From an uncultured Candidatus Saccharibacteria bacterium (GTDB lineage: Bacteria > Patescibacteriota > Minisyncoccia > Ryanbacterales > GWA2-47-10b), in contig CAYHJF010000004.1 of NCBI GenBank assembly GCA_964356915.1, positions 663 through 64,662 on the forward strand: a DNA stretch of 64,000 nucleotides, given 5' to 3'. The first letter of the stretch is position 1. Each line of letters starts with the position of its first letter. Shown piece after piece: positions 1 to 9,666 of this stretch. The position numbers and the translations under genes are program-made. Under the pieces are notes generated by a model. That model did not search any database, was not told where the DNA came from, and worked only from the letters and a program-made list of their open reading frames with translations.

Positions 1-361
1 TGTAGTCGTACCAGACAACCTCGACGTTGTGCCCATCGGCATCATGCACAAATGCAGCGTAATACCCCGGCCAATATTCTTTGCGGTACCCCGGTGCGCC
101 ATTGTCGCGCGCGCCTGCAGCTATAGCTACTTTGTAAAACTCATCTACCTGCTCTTTATTTTTTGCCTCAAAAGCAACATGCAACGGGACTACACCTTTT
201 GGATTTGTAGCAATCCAAAAACTCGTGTGCCCGCCTTCTATAAAACCTGCGGCCTCGCCGTACTCCATATTGTTCGTATAGCCGAGTGGCGCGAGTGCTT
301 TGATATAAAACTCTTTGGCTTTTTTGTAGTCGCTCACGGGAAGCCCTGTGTGTGCAATCAT
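1..361 (-). CDS. VOC-family protein (glyoxalase/bleomycin-resistance fold); C-terminus runs off the window edge
   Basis: Absent from the ORF track because there is no stop in the window. My own minus-strand translation from ATG (plus 359-361) gives MIAHTGLPVSDYKKAKEFYIKALAPLGYTNNMEYGEAAGFIEGGHTSFWIATNPKG...VHDADGHNVEVVWYDY, a typical VOC module. Confidence 0.55.
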   Translation of the reverse strand, partial: MIAHTGLPVSDYKKAKEFYIKALAPLGYTNNMEYGEAAGFIEGGHTSFWIATNPKGVVPLHVAFEAKNKEQVDEFYKVAIAAGARDNGAPGYRKEYWPGYYAAFVHDADGHNVEVVWYDY

Positions 362-421
362 ATATATAAGTATACTTTATAAATAAAATCTCGTGAGAAT
401 TTGAAAATATTAAGTTTGATA

Positions 422-1663
422 TTATTTCAACACGTCCCAAATGGCCGGATCGGCTCCACCATCAATTTTGAAAATGGCGACACCACGAATACCAAGCTTG
501 CGAGCGAGATCAATCTTATCTTTGATTGCTTGCGCATCGCTCCACCATACGATACGAAGTGGGACTGGTTGAGGAGGAGTTTGAGCTTGTGCAATATTGA
601 TCCCCGCGGCGGAAGCAAGAAGCGCATTCTGTACCCCAAGTGCTTGTTGAGCCGCAGTACCCGTTATTTCGGCTTCATTTTTTGGAATATACATAAAACT
701 TAATTCACCCGCGCTATTGCGCATAGGATTGAGACTATGCTCGGTGGCAAGTTCTGTGGCATAGCGCGGATTGAATGACCACAAGCGCTCATACCGATAC
801 CCTTCGGTGAGTGGTTTGAGTTCATATTCATAGCCATATGTCGGAATACCAAGAACGATTTTCTTTTTTGAAATTGTCTTTGCGGTCAAATTAATAACCT
901 TCTCAACCCACTTGGGATCTGCAATCGGAACATATGCACTCTGATTTGCATCATTGAGTCGCAAATCGATCGCGCCCTGATCGTACGCCATGATGCGTAC
1001 GCGATCACAGTATTTGTTTATCGCCACAAAATCATTTGCGTATTCGATATCTTTTGGAATCGTGTCATAGCGCGCCTCTAAGGGAGTGCGCGGCTCAATG
1101 GTGCACATCACCCACTTCTTTCCCATTGCCGCATAGAGCTCTTTTAAGAATGCGGAAAAGTAAGGCTTTGTTTCAGCTTTCTTTGCTTCGTAGTCAATAT
1201 CGATACCATCAAAATTATTTTCCTTTACTACCTGCATAATCGCATCAATATGTGCTTTTCGTGCCTTGGGACTACGAAGTATCGCGTCGATCGTATCTCC
1301 ATCACTCCACATGACTGTCGGGATAATACGAATCTTTTTTGCACGCGCGGCGGCAATCATCGCAGGCCATGGCTCTTCACTGATCTTCATTGCATCAAAA
1401 AGTGTACCGTCTTTTTTGACCGTATATCCAAATGGATTAATTTCTTTGAATGTTCCGAGATGCGCCATCGTATCAATCGTACCTGTCGCCTTACGCCAAT
1501 AGGGAACCCATCCTGAGATTTCGAGCGGAGCGGGTACTGGCACCTTTGGTTTTACAGCAGTTGCCGCCTCGGCACTTATCGCACTCACACAAAAGATACT
1601 CACCCCCATAAGGAGCAAGCTTATTCGTCTCTTCGTTACAAAAGAAAAAATATGATTGTTCAT
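422..1663 (-). CDS. secreted glycoside hydrolase family 18 (chitinase-like or peptidoglycan hydrolase-like)
   Basis: N-terminal signal peptide; FDGIDIDYE matches the GH18 catalytic DxxDxDxE motif. Confidence 0.8.
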   Translation of the reverse strand: MNNHIFSFVTKRRISLLLMGVSIFCVSAISAEAATAVKPKVPVPAPLEISGWVPYWRKATGTIDTMAHLGTFKEINPFGYTVKKDGTLFDAMKISEEPWPAMIAAARAKKIRIIPTVMWSDGDTIDAILRSPKARKAHIDAIMQVVKENNFDGIDIDYEAKKAETKPYFSAFLKELYAAMGKKWVMCTIEPRTPLEARYDTIPKDIEYANDFVAINKYCDRVRIMAYDQGAIDLRLNDANQSAYVPIADPKWVEKVINLTAKTISKKKIVLGIPTYGYEYELKPLTEGYRYERLWSFNPRYATELATEHSLNPMRNSAGELSFMYIPKNEAEITGTAAQQALGVQNALLASAAGINIAQAQTPPQPVPLRIVWWSDAQAIKDKIDLARKLGIRGVAIFKIDGGADPAIWDVLK

Positions 1664-1721
1664 AATAACAGTCCTTCTATACTATAGAACGCGCCACTCG
1701 CGCACATGTGACACGCTAAAT

Positions 1722-1925
1722 CTATAATCCTGGAGGAATAACTGACTGAAGAAATACCGGGATGACAAACGGTAATATAAAGAGCGGGAGCACAACTAAT
1801 ACAAGAGTTACGATGAGCGTCCATAGAAAATACTTTCGCATCTTTTCTGATGAACGGTATGTATCGTCAACTTTTTTCTCAATAGCAGCGAGTCGCTCTT
1901 CGATTGATCTTGAGTCTGTATCCAT
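1722..1925 (-). CDS. small membrane protein, hypothetical
   Basis: 67 aa with a C-terminal hydrophobic helix (LWTLIVTLVLVVLPLFILPFVIPVF); sits in the same-strand gene string. Confidence 0.4.
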   Translation of the reverse strand: MDTDSRSIEERLAAIEKKVDDTYRSSEKMRKYFLWTLIVTLVLVVLPLFILPFVIPVFLQSVIPPGL

Positions 1926-1958
1926 GCCTCATAGTATACCCTCTCTAGCCCGTGAGTG

Positions 1959-2327
1959 CTATGACTTGAGCTCTCCGATATACAGCTTTTGCAAAATCGT
2001 TCGTGCGCGCTGGGAGTGAGCTCCCTCATTGTTTGGACGATCCTCAAACATACTCGTTGAATCTTTGCCGCAGCCCGATGCGATGATTGAACCACCCGGA
2101 TGCACTGAGACAAATGGGGTTATGTTGTACACCTTGTCATGCACAATCATCCAGCAATCTTCTCGCGTAGCATGGAGTGCTACATCTTGCGCCGTATACC
2201 CATCGGGGTTCACAGTTTGTTGGGGTAGATTATTTATGATGATTCGACTCTGAATATACAACCAAGCCCACCCGACTATGCCAAGTAGTGCCAAAATAAA
2301 AATGACTATCAGAATATATTTTTTCAT
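1959..2327 (-). CDS. membrane-anchored cytochrome b5-like heme-binding domain protein
   Basis: N-terminal TM helix; HPGG motif and downstream FED...HS, the two His-ligand regions of the cytochrome b5 fold. Confidence 0.6.
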   Translation of the reverse strand: MKKYILIVIFILALLGIVGWAWLYIQSRIIINNLPQQTVNPDGYTAQDVALHATREDCWMIVHDKVYNITPFVSVHPGGSIIASGCGKDSTSMFEDRPNNEGAHSQRARTILQKLYIGELKS

Positions 2328-2380
2328 AGTATGTGATGTTTAGTGATGTGTACCTGCCGCACTAACATCTTTACAAGATA

Positions 2381-2725
2381 TTAGTGCCCTCGCCCAATCG
2401 TTGGGATACTGCCGAGTAACGTTTTCCCCATTTCGTGTAAACGGCGCAAACGCTCAATTTGTTCTAAACGACCAATATTTTTTACTTCTTCCTCCTCAAT
2501 ACGTTCAATGATAACTTCGATAGTCTGCCCAATACCTGCGATACGCTCTGCTCGCTCATCGTCAGAAATATCCTCGGCTGCTTGTAATTCGGAAAGTCGT
2601 GTACGTTGCTCTCCTATTAATGTCTCCATAGAATCAATAAACTCCTGTGTACCCTCAACTTTGCGCTCAAGAGCTTGAGCGCGTTCCTCGTGACGTGAAT
2701 ATAACTCTCCTTCTGGTGATGCCAT
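2381..2725 (-). CDS. coiled-coil hypothetical protein
   Basis: 114 aa, charged heptad-like E/R/L-rich sequence. Confidence 0.45.
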   Translation of the reverse strand: MASPEGELYSRHEERAQALERKVEGTQEFIDSMETLIGEQRTRLSELQAAEDISDDERAERIAGIGQTIEVIIERIEEEEVKNIGRLEQIERLRRLHEMGKTLLGSIPTIGRGH

Positions 2726-2742
2726 ATTTTTATACTATCATA

Positions 2743-3195
2743 TTAACGCCCACCCGACTCTGTAGTACGCATCATGGGCATACCCGATCGAAGCTGTACT
2801 GACTCGGCACTCACACTCCCATCTTGATTTGCCTTACCCGTAACAAGCACCTGTTCTCCCACAATAAGATCGGATGACGTACCGCTCGCGGACTTTAAAA
2901 TCGATGTACTCTCGGAAAGAAATACGATTTTTGAACCTCCATCAGGAAGCTTCACCGTAATACTCTTGTCATCTTTACTTAGTACTTCTCCCGCGACAAA
3001 ACCGCCACTTGCAGCTCCGCGCATGCTTCGCTGTCCGCCACCTCCCATCAAACGTCCCTGACGATCACCAAACTGACCCGCAAGACCACCGCGTCCCGAT
3101 AAAACAGCTCGATGCTGATCAAATTTCATACCAGCGATAAAAGAAGCTCCGATAAGTACCAACACTCCCACACTGTACAATATTTTTTGTTTCAT
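2743..3195 (-). CDS. secreted/membrane-anchored hypothetical protein (Gly-rich N-terminal region)
   Basis: Signal/anchor MKQKILYSVGVLVLIGASFIAG, GGGGQR Gly-rich segment, beta-rich C-terminus. Confidence 0.5.
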   Translation of the reverse strand: MKQKILYSVGVLVLIGASFIAGMKFDQHRAVLSGRGGLAGQFGDRQGRLMGGGGQRSMRGAASGGFVAGEVLSKDDKSITVKLPDGGSKIVFLSESTSILKSASGTSSDLIVGEQVLVTGKANQDGSVSAESVQLRSGMPMMRTTESGGR

Positions 3196-3225
3196 ATTTT
3201 TTTAATAATTACTCTTAATAAACCT

Positions 3226-4449
3226 TTACTCATAACGTAACGCATCGATTGGATTCAGACTTGCGGCACGACGCGCCGGATAATACCCAAACACAATTCC
3301 AATCGCCGTAGAAACACCGAACGCAAGCAATACTGAGGAAAGCGAAACTGTGGTCTGAATAATTCCAAAATACCTCACCGCAAACGATATGCCCCACCCA
3401 AGCGCGACACCAATCACACCTCCAAGTAATGTCAGTGCAACCGCTTCAACTAAGAATTGAACATTGATGTCGTGACGCTTGGCACCAATTGCCTTACGAA
3501 GACCGATCTCTCGCGTACGCTCCGTCACTGTCGTAAGCATCATGTTCATAATACCGATGCCTCCGACAAGCAGTGAAATACCCGCAACCGCCGCAAGCAA
3601 AATAGTAAATGTCTGCGTGATACTTGAAGCGGTAGCAACAATATCAGCTTGGTTGAGCGTACTAAAATCAGCTAGCTGTGGATCGTCGATATGATGTCGA
3701 GATAGAAGTAATGATGTAACTGCCTGCTGAACATTTGTCGTTGAATCTGCATCTTGCGCAGCAATACTAATCGTCGTCACATAATCATCGCCCGAGAGAA
3801 AACGCTGGGCTGTCGTGAGCGGGATAAAAACCATATCATCTGGATTATTGAAACCCGAACCACCACGCGCCTTTGAAACGCCGATAACCTTAAAATCAAT
3901 TTTATTAATCCGAATTGATTGACCGATTGGAGTAGAATCAACGCCAAATAAATCATCTCGCACTGTCGGACCGATAACAACAACCTTGCCCGCGCTACGA
4001 ACATTTTGCTCCGCAATAAATGAACCTTGAGCAACTTCGACATTGCGCACCCCCGTGTATGCAGGCGTCGTACCAACTACTTGAGTATTTGTATTCTGCC
4101 CGTGAGCAGTTACTTGATAGCGTCCCGAGACTTCTGGAGCGATTGCTCGAATGAACGGAATTTCTTTTTCGATAGCATCAGCATCATCGAGCTTGAGCGT
4201 GCGCGCAGAACCTCGACCCGCGCTTATTGTCACACCTGGCCCACGCTGAGCGCCCGGCATTACGATAATCAAATTTGATCCGATCGACTGAATACTTGAT
4301 TGAATAGAACTCTGCGCTCCTTGCCCAATTGAAACCATCGCGATCACAGAGCTAATGCCAATGACAATACCAAGCACCGTAAGTCCAGAACGAACTTTAT
4401 TTGCTGAGAGCGCTGCGTATGTCTCGTGTGTAATATCGTTGATTGTCAT
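3226..4449 (-). CDS. ABC transporter permease, MacB/FtsX type
   Basis: 407 aa; N-terminal TM, large extracytoplasmic MacB-like domain, C-terminal FtsX-type 3-TM bundle ending ...YYPARRAASLNPIDALRYE; immediately downstream of the ABC ATPase. Confidence 0.8.
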   Translation of the reverse strand: MTINDITHETYAALSANKVRSGLTVLGIVIGISSVIAMVSIGQGAQSSIQSSIQSIGSNLIIVMPGAQRGPGVTISAGRGSARTLKLDDADAIEKEIPFIRAIAPEVSGRYQVTAHGQNTNTQVVGTTPAYTGVRNVEVAQGSFIAEQNVRSAGKVVVIGPTVRDDLFGVDSTPIGQSIRINKIDFKVIGVSKARGGSGFNNPDDMVFIPLTTAQRFLSGDDYVTTISIAAQDADSTTNVQQAVTSLLLSRHHIDDPQLADFSTLNQADIVATASSITQTFTILLAAVAGISLLVGGIGIMNMMLTTVTERTREIGLRKAIGAKRHDINVQFLVEAVALTLLGGVIGVALGWGISFAVRYFGIIQTTVSLSSVLLAFGVSTAIGIVFGYYPARRAASLNPIDALRYE

Positions 4450-5153
4450 ACGTGTGTTGTTACGCGAGGTGTCAGTACCTTTTTATCCTCAACTAGAAGA
4501 CCATCTCTGATAAAAATAATTCTGTCTGCGTGCTCCGCCACTTCGTGCTCATGCGTAATAATAATAATCGTTCTCCCCTGTTCTCTATTTAATCTTTGAA
4601 AAGTTCCGAGCACAATCTCTCCTGTCTTTGTATCAAGATTACCTGTGGGTTCATCAGCTAAAATCAAAGCGGGATTATTGACGAGCGCGCGAGCGATCGC
4701 AACGCGCTGGATTTGTCCACCAGAAAGCTGATTCGAAAGATGTTGAAAATGACTTTTATCAAGTCCTGCGGACTCAAGTGCTTCCTCGGCTCGACGCACG
4801 CGTTCTTGGGGCGCGACTCCCGCATATACAAGAGGCAGCATCACATTGCGAAGTACTGTTGCTCGTGGCAAAAGATTGAACGCCTGAAAAATAAAACCTA
4901 TCTTTTCTCTACGGATATCAGCAAGCTCATCATCAGATAATGTTGAGACATCTTTACCATCAAGTGTGTATGTCCCATTCGTCGGAGTATCGAGTGCACC
5001 TAAAAGATGCATGAGTGTTGATTTACCAGATCCCGACGGCCCCATAATCGCGACGAATTCACCGTCCTCAATCGTAAAGCTTACGCCACGAAGCGCCTGA
5101 AAATCGATAGCTCCAGTCGTATATGTCTTTGTAAGATTGCGCACTTCTATCAT
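4446..5153 (-). CDS. ABC transporter ATP-binding protein (MacB/LolD-like)
   Basis: Walker [10 protein letters not shown], signature LSGGQIQR, Walker B ILADEPT. Start trimmed to MIEVRNL (ATG at 5153), abutting the stop of the upstream adaptor gene. Confidence 0.85.
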   Translation of the reverse strand: MIEVRNLTKTYTTGAIDFQALRGVSFTIEDGEFVAIMGPSGSGKSTLMHLLGALDTPTNGTYTLDGKDVSTLSDDELADIRREKIGFIFQAFNLLPRATVLRNVMLPLVYAGVAPQERVRRAEEALESAGLDKSHFQHLSNQLSGGQIQRVAIARALVNNPALILADEPTGNLDTKTGEIVLGTFQRLNREQGRTIIIITHEHEVAEHADRIIFIRDGLLVEDKKVLTPRVTTHV

Positions 5154-5154
5154 A

Positions 5155-6972
5155 TTAGCGTTGGGTACGAACTGCTCCCCCGCCTGCGGCACGATTACCA
5201 CCCGGTGAGCCAAAGAGACTTGGGGCCTGCTGGGTCGTACTTTGGGTTGTCGCCGTAGTCGTACGCGCGACAACATAATCACCCGCATTTAAACCTGAAG
5301 TAATTTCAGTTGTTGTATCACTCGCAAGACCTGTCTGTATTGATCGCCTTTCAAGTACCGTATCCGACTGTATGCCCGTACTCGCCTCCGTATCAGAAAA
5401 TGTACCGGGCAAAATCTCTACGTACTGCGTGTCGCCATTGGCCTTAATGGCGCCATTGGGCAACGCAACTACATCTTGTTTAACGTCAGTAACGATAACT
5501 GCTGATACGCTCATCCCCGGCTTTACTCGATTATCTTGGGTGTCAAAACTAATCTTAACTCCATATGATACGACTCCCTGACTTGCCGCTCCAACCGTAT
5601 CAATTTCAGCGACGACGCCGGAGATACCAAGACCTTCGATAGCATCAAAAGTTAAATTTACTTTTTGACCTATTTTAATTTTTGCAATATCAACTTCGTT
5701 GAGAGAAATCTCTGCAAGCTGTTGCTTGGTAACCAGCGTCGCGACAACGGTAGCAGATGATACAGAGTCTGATTTCTTTATCTTTAGACTAGCAATCGTG
5801 GCATCAAATGGCGCTCGCACAAAATAATCAGCAAGTTTTTCGCGCGCATCTAAAAGAGCATTTTGACGCTGCTGCACGGTCAACTGTTGAGATTCTAAAT
5901 CGAGAGCATCGGCTCCGCTTTTTAATTTTGCGAGTGACTCTGTTTTTTCAGTAATCGTACGGTCGCTTGAACGAATCGTATCTTTAGCATTTTTAATTGA
6001 ACTCTGTATTGAGAGAAGACTTGAAAGATGAGAACTCGTCTGACCGGTGTACGTATCGATACTTCCCTGATATGTAGTAACAAGTGTAGGGACTGTAAAA
6101 TCGTGTGCGGTTATTTGATCCTGATAAAAATCGAGTAAATTATTCGTTCCCTTTACTGCATCGGCAACTGCTTTTGTTGTCTCATAAGTCTGATCAAGTA
6201 AAATTTCAAGATCTTGCGGATGAGAAGACCTGCTCGATGCATTATAGTTATCAAAATTCTTTTGATATGCACTTCGTGCCTTTTGATAATTCGTTGACGC
6301 TGTGTCGCGATATATTAAAACCTTCTCATCATAACTTTTTACTGCGTCCGTAAGAAAACTGATATTATCTGAAGTTTTTTGCGGATTAAGCGCAGTGCTA
6401 AAAAGTATATTTTCAAGACCCGTCATGATCGGCGGCAAATCAAGAAAAGTACTCGAAATCGTATTAAAAACATCTTCGTATGCCTTCTCCAAATCACTCT
6501 CGGCCTTACTCTTTGACTCTCGAGCCGCAACGAGAGCATTTTCTGCCTGAATTGTTGTTAGGGCGTCAGCGGGTTTTTGTAATTTTTCAAGCGCGATCTT
6601 GGCACTCTGTAAATTTACCTCCGCATCGCGGACTGTCTTTTGCGCATCACGCGCATCCAAAGCTACGATGAGTGCTCCCGCTTTCACTTCTTGGCCGTTG
6701 GTAACCGCAATAGAGACTACATCCCCCGACGCTCGCGGTTTTAAATCTAGTTGGTTTGATGCTGACACCTGCCCGCTCCCAGAAACCGAGGCTATAACCG
6801 TCGTCTTCTCCGCTCGCGCCAGAATATACGTAGGTGAAGTGCTACTTTTTGAAAAATATGTCCACGTCCAATAACCAAGCAACACGACAACGACAAGTCC
6901 AATCGAACTCAAACGCTTATGCCTTTTTATAAATGCTCGCGCACTGCGTGTTGTGTTATTGATGATGTTCAT
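5155..6972 (-). CDS. efflux periplasmic adaptor (HlyD/MacA family), unusually long coiled-coil
   Basis: N-terminal TM anchor, biotinyl/lipoyl-like beta segments flanking a ~300-aa coiled-coil, C-terminal beta-barrel; forms a triad with the ABC ATPase and permease. Confidence 0.7.
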   Translation of the reverse strand: MNIINNTTRSARAFIKRHKRLSSIGLVVVVLLGYWTWTYFSKSSTSPTYILARAEKTTVIASVSGSGQVSASNQLDLKPRASGDVVSIAVTNGQEVKAGALIVALDARDAQKTVRDAEVNLQSAKIALEKLQKPADALTTIQAENALVAARESKSKAESDLEKAYEDVFNTISSTFLDLPPIMTGLENILFSTALNPQKTSDNISFLTDAVKSYDEKVLIYRDTASTNYQKARSAYQKNFDNYNASSRSSHPQDLEILLDQTYETTKAVADAVKGTNNLLDFYQDQITAHDFTVPTLVTTYQGSIDTYTGQTSSHLSSLLSIQSSIKNAKDTIRSSDRTITEKTESLAKLKSGADALDLESQQLTVQQRQNALLDAREKLADYFVRAPFDATIASLKIKKSDSVSSATVVATLVTKQQLAEISLNEVDIAKIKIGQKVNLTFDAIEGLGISGVVAEIDTVGAASQGVVSYGVKISFDTQDNRVKPGMSVSAVIVTDVKQDVVALPNGAIKANGDTQYVEILPGTFSDTEASTGIQSDTVLERRSIQTGLASDTTTEITSGLNAGDYVVARTTTATTQSTTQQAPSLFGSPGGNRAAGGGAVRTQR

Positions 6973-7043
6973 AGACGCTTCATTATATAATTATAGTATA
7001 GCCCAACACTCGCTCCACAGATGTGGAGCGAGTGTTTTTATGA

Positions 7044-7475
7044 CTATCGACCGTGGTGACCACGACCGCCCATAAGACCCTTGCCATTCTCAAAACGAGT
7101 CTGCATCGCTGTGAGTCGCTTGTCTGCCTGTGCCTGCGTAATGACACCTTTATCAACAAGCGTTTGTAATTGAGCTTTCAATTGAGCTGTGCGAGCTTCT
7201 TTCATTTTTGTTTGCAACTGCTCATCTGAAATACCTTTTTCTTTTGCTAAGTCACGAACTGTCTTCCCAGAAGCCCATGCCTCTTTTATTTCATCGACAC
7301 TAACGCCGAGGATCTGCGCGTCTTGCTCAAACATCACGTTCTGATGTAATGCGATTTCTTCGGGCGTAGCGCCCGTCATCATCCCACCAAACATTCCATG
7401 AGCCGACGCAATACCTGCTCCCAATAATCCGACGCTTAACACTGGTAATACCGCATAAAGAAATTTACGTTTCAT
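7044..7475 (-). CDS. secreted hypothetical protein
   Basis: Signal peptide ...GIASAHG, helical Q/K/A-rich body, Gly-rich tail. Confidence 0.45.
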   Translation of the reverse strand: MKRKFLYAVLPVLSVGLLGAGIASAHGMFGGMMTGATPEEIALHQNVMFEQDAQILGVSVDEIKEAWASGKTVRDLAKEKGISDEQLQTKMKEARTAQLKAQLQTLVDKGVITQAQADKRLTAMQTRFENGKGLMGGRGHHGR

Positions 7476-7708
7476 AAAAAGATAAGGTTAGGTAAATAAT
7501 AGTCTTTGATGACAGTGATAAGAATATGCGAGAGAGGCACGAATCTCATCCAAACTGCATCCACGACACATACTACTACAAGCGAGCTATTGTTTTCTTT
7601 CACTCACTCGATTGGGCCGAAATCGAGAGTCGAGGTTAAGCAGTTAATTCTCTCATTCGGCCCATTGCTCCCTCGACTCTCGTACCTATTACTACAACCA
7701 ACGACTCA

Positions 7709-8422
7709 TTATCTTTCAATTTCGATACGGTCTAACTTACGAATACCAAAAGCCTTGATAACATTTCCATCTCGATCTCCAAATACAACAACAACATCTC
7801 CGTCTCCAAAATCTGTACCATACGGTAATCGCGTCTCGGGCGTAATCAAAACTTGAAACATTTCTCGATGACTCTTCATACGAAATTGATCTGGCATACG
7901 TTCCGTCACTTTGCCACGATATACATTCGCGGGGGGAGCTTCTCCAAACCTACGATACAAGGGTCCTGCGATAGGTAAGCGTCGCTGCTCTGCGTATAAA
8001 AACATTCGTCGATGAAATGACGTTTGTGCTACAACAAAACCGCCGATGAATACAAAACCAACAATCCCAAATGCTGAATATAATAGTGGCTTACGGTATG
8101 CAAACTCGTATCTACGTACGAGCATTTCAAGAGCCAAAATAAATACGATAAGGAAAAATAAAAGTAACCATGGTAAAGAAAATAGAAAGACATGAAGCCC
8201 ACGAAACCCAAATATAGGTACAAACCATGCGCCAGTCTCGCGTGAAATAAAAATCATGAAACTCACCAAGGATAAAAGCGCGAGCATCAAGATGATCCCG
8301 CCCGCAATCGCAAGAACGGCCTTTAATACAAAATGCCAGCGAGGACGCATAGCAACCTGACCGCTCTTGATGGCCGAAAGTACCTTTTCTTTAATTGGTT
8401 GTTTTTGAGTTTCGTTATTCAT
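7709..8422 (-). CDS. multi-pass membrane protein, putative anti-sigma factor
   Basis: Start trimmed to MNNETQKQ (ATG at 8422), overlapping the sigma gene stop by 8 nt; cytoplasmic N-terminus then 4-5 TM helices. Confidence 0.45.
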   Translation of the reverse strand: MNNETQKQPIKEKVLSAIKSGQVAMRPRWHFVLKAVLAIAGGIILMLALLSLVSFMIFISRETGAWFVPIFGFRGLHVFLFSLPWLLLFFLIVFILALEMLVRRYEFAYRKPLLYSAFGIVGFVFIGGFVVAQTSFHRRMFLYAEQRRLPIAGPLYRRFGEAPPANVYRGKVTERMPDQFRMKSHREMFQVLITPETRLPYGTDFGDGDVVVVFGDRDGNVIKAFGIRKLDRIEIER

Positions 8423-8990
8423 ATGATGAGTCTTTGCTTTGTACAAATTTTCGAAGCATCGCCTTACCTCGCTGCAACCGAACTCCGACCGTTGATATTG
8501 GAATCTGTAACACTTCTGAAATCTGCTGATAATCCATCTCTTCAAAAAAATATAGTACGAGTGGCTCGCGATACTTGGGAGTAAGTTTTTCGAGCGACTG
8601 GTCTAAGAGCTCTCGGAGCTCTCTTTTTTGAGTCATGCCATCGGCAGTCTCCTCGGCAACCGCATATGGTAACAACAGGTCGATATCAAAATTTAATGTA
8701 AATCCAGCAAGTCGACTTCGACGCTTCCCCGCATTAATAAACTCATTATGAGCAATGCGATAAATCCATGAAGAAAACTTGCGAGCTACATCAAAACCTT
8801 GGATATTACTGTATGACTTGATGAAAACTTCCTGAATCACGTCTTGAGCATCCTCTGTGGCTAGTAAAAATTTGCGAGCATAACGCATAAGCTTTGGCTC
8901 ATAGCGCTCCACAAGTAAACCAAACGATTCGACATCGCCTCCCTGAACACGTGCTGCGATCTCTTCATCGGTCTTTTCGCTCAACGTCAT
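8415..8990 (-). CDS. RNA polymerase sigma-70 factor, ECF subfamily
   Basis: Region 2 motifs (FIKSYSNIQGFDV...FSSWIYRIAHNEFIN) and region 4 HTH (MDYQQISEVLQIPISTVGVRLQRGKAML). Confidence 0.85.
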   Translation of the reverse strand: MTLSEKTDEEIAARVQGGDVESFGLLVERYEPKLMRYARKFLLATEDAQDVIQEVFIKSYSNIQGFDVARKFSSWIYRIAHNEFINAGKRRSRLAGFTLNFDIDLLLPYAVAEETADGMTQKRELRELLDQSLEKLTPKYREPLVLYFFEEMDYQQISEVLQIPISTVGVRLQRGKAMLRKFVQSKDSSYE

Positions 8991-9086
8991 ATATCAGTAC
9001 TCTATCACTACTACAAAATAAACTCGCGTTTATTTCATCCTCTCACTCTGTAATACAAAAATTAAAAAAAATAACCAAAATAAAAA

Positions 9087-9122
9087 CGGTCCGACGGTAG
9101 CTTGCGCTACGCGGTCGGACCG
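9087..9122 (-). terminator. rho-independent terminator (perfect 9-bp GC stem plus inner 5-bp stem, then T-run on the minus strand)
   Basis: cggtccgac-g-gtagc-ttgc-gctac-gcg-gtcggaccg followed on the minus strand by tttttattttggttatttttttt; lies just downstream of the GC-rich ORF. Confidence 0.6.
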
Positions 9123-9164
9123 GTGTTGCTTGCGCGCCTAACGGCGCGGTGCGGACTTCCGCAA

Positions 9165-9614
9165 TCAGCCGGAGGTGACCGGCCGGAGCTTCGCGGAGTA
9201 CGCGGGGTCGGCGACGCCGACCATCGGGCTTGCGCGGCAATCGCCACGCGCGGGGAGACGGAACTGGCCGTCGGAACTGATCAGGACCATCGCCTGCGGA
9301 CTGGCACGACTGCAGCTGTGTGCCGTCGAGGCGGTGGTGACCGAACCGGCGATCAGGCCGACGTCATCGCTCGCAAGACTCGTCATCGGACCCCCGATGA
9401 TGTGCGGCGACTCGGAGACGACCTCGATCTGGCCGAACTGCTGACCCTGCTGGGCATCGATCGCGACACCCGCGATCAGGAGACCCTTGGGGGCCTGGAA
9501 CCCGGGCGGCGCGCCGGGCATCGCGACACCGGCAACCGCCGGCGCTGCCATGACGATCGCGAGCGCGATCATCGCTGCGGCCCCGACGAGGGGGCCATAT
9601 CTGGACTGTCGCAT
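9165..9614 (-). CDS. small secreted protein encoded in a high-GC cassette, hypothetical (possibly horizontally acquired)
   Basis: ATG at 9612-9614 preceded by GGAGGTGGAG; Ala-rich signal peptide MRQSRYGPLVGAAAMIALAIVMAAPAVAG; codon usage completely unlike the neighbours; own terminator. Plus-strand ORFs in the same DNA were dismissed as GC artefacts. Confidence 0.45.
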   Translation of the reverse strand: MRQSRYGPLVGAAAMIALAIVMAAPAVAGVAMPGAPPGFQAPKGLLIAGVAIDAQQGQQFGQIEVVSESPHIIGGPMTSLASDDVGLIAGSVTTASTAHSCSRASPQAMVLISSDGQFRLPARGDCRASPMVGVADPAYSAKLRPVTSG

Positions 9615-9666
9615 CTCCACCTCCATGTCCGCGTGTTCAGCGTCGAGATCGACGCGCCCGTTTTGC

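Noticed and set aside
29-440. Track ORFs 29..382 (+) and 168..440 (-) at the window start
   Set aside because: Low-complexity translations with no start context. The same DNA on the minus strand in another frame encodes a clean VOC-family protein that runs off the window edge.
4446-5288. Long N-terminal extensions of several track ORFs (4446..5288, 7709..8545, 14626..15996, 33672..34502, 47029..49017, 55731..57506, 57475..59352, 27867..28424, 38917..41508, 41556..41954)
   Set aside because: The extensions overlap neighbouring genes and are low-complexity. Internal ATGs give canonical N-termini (e.g., MIEVRNL, MNRKTR, MKKLLIF) that abut or minimally overlap the upstream stop, so I trimmed the starts.
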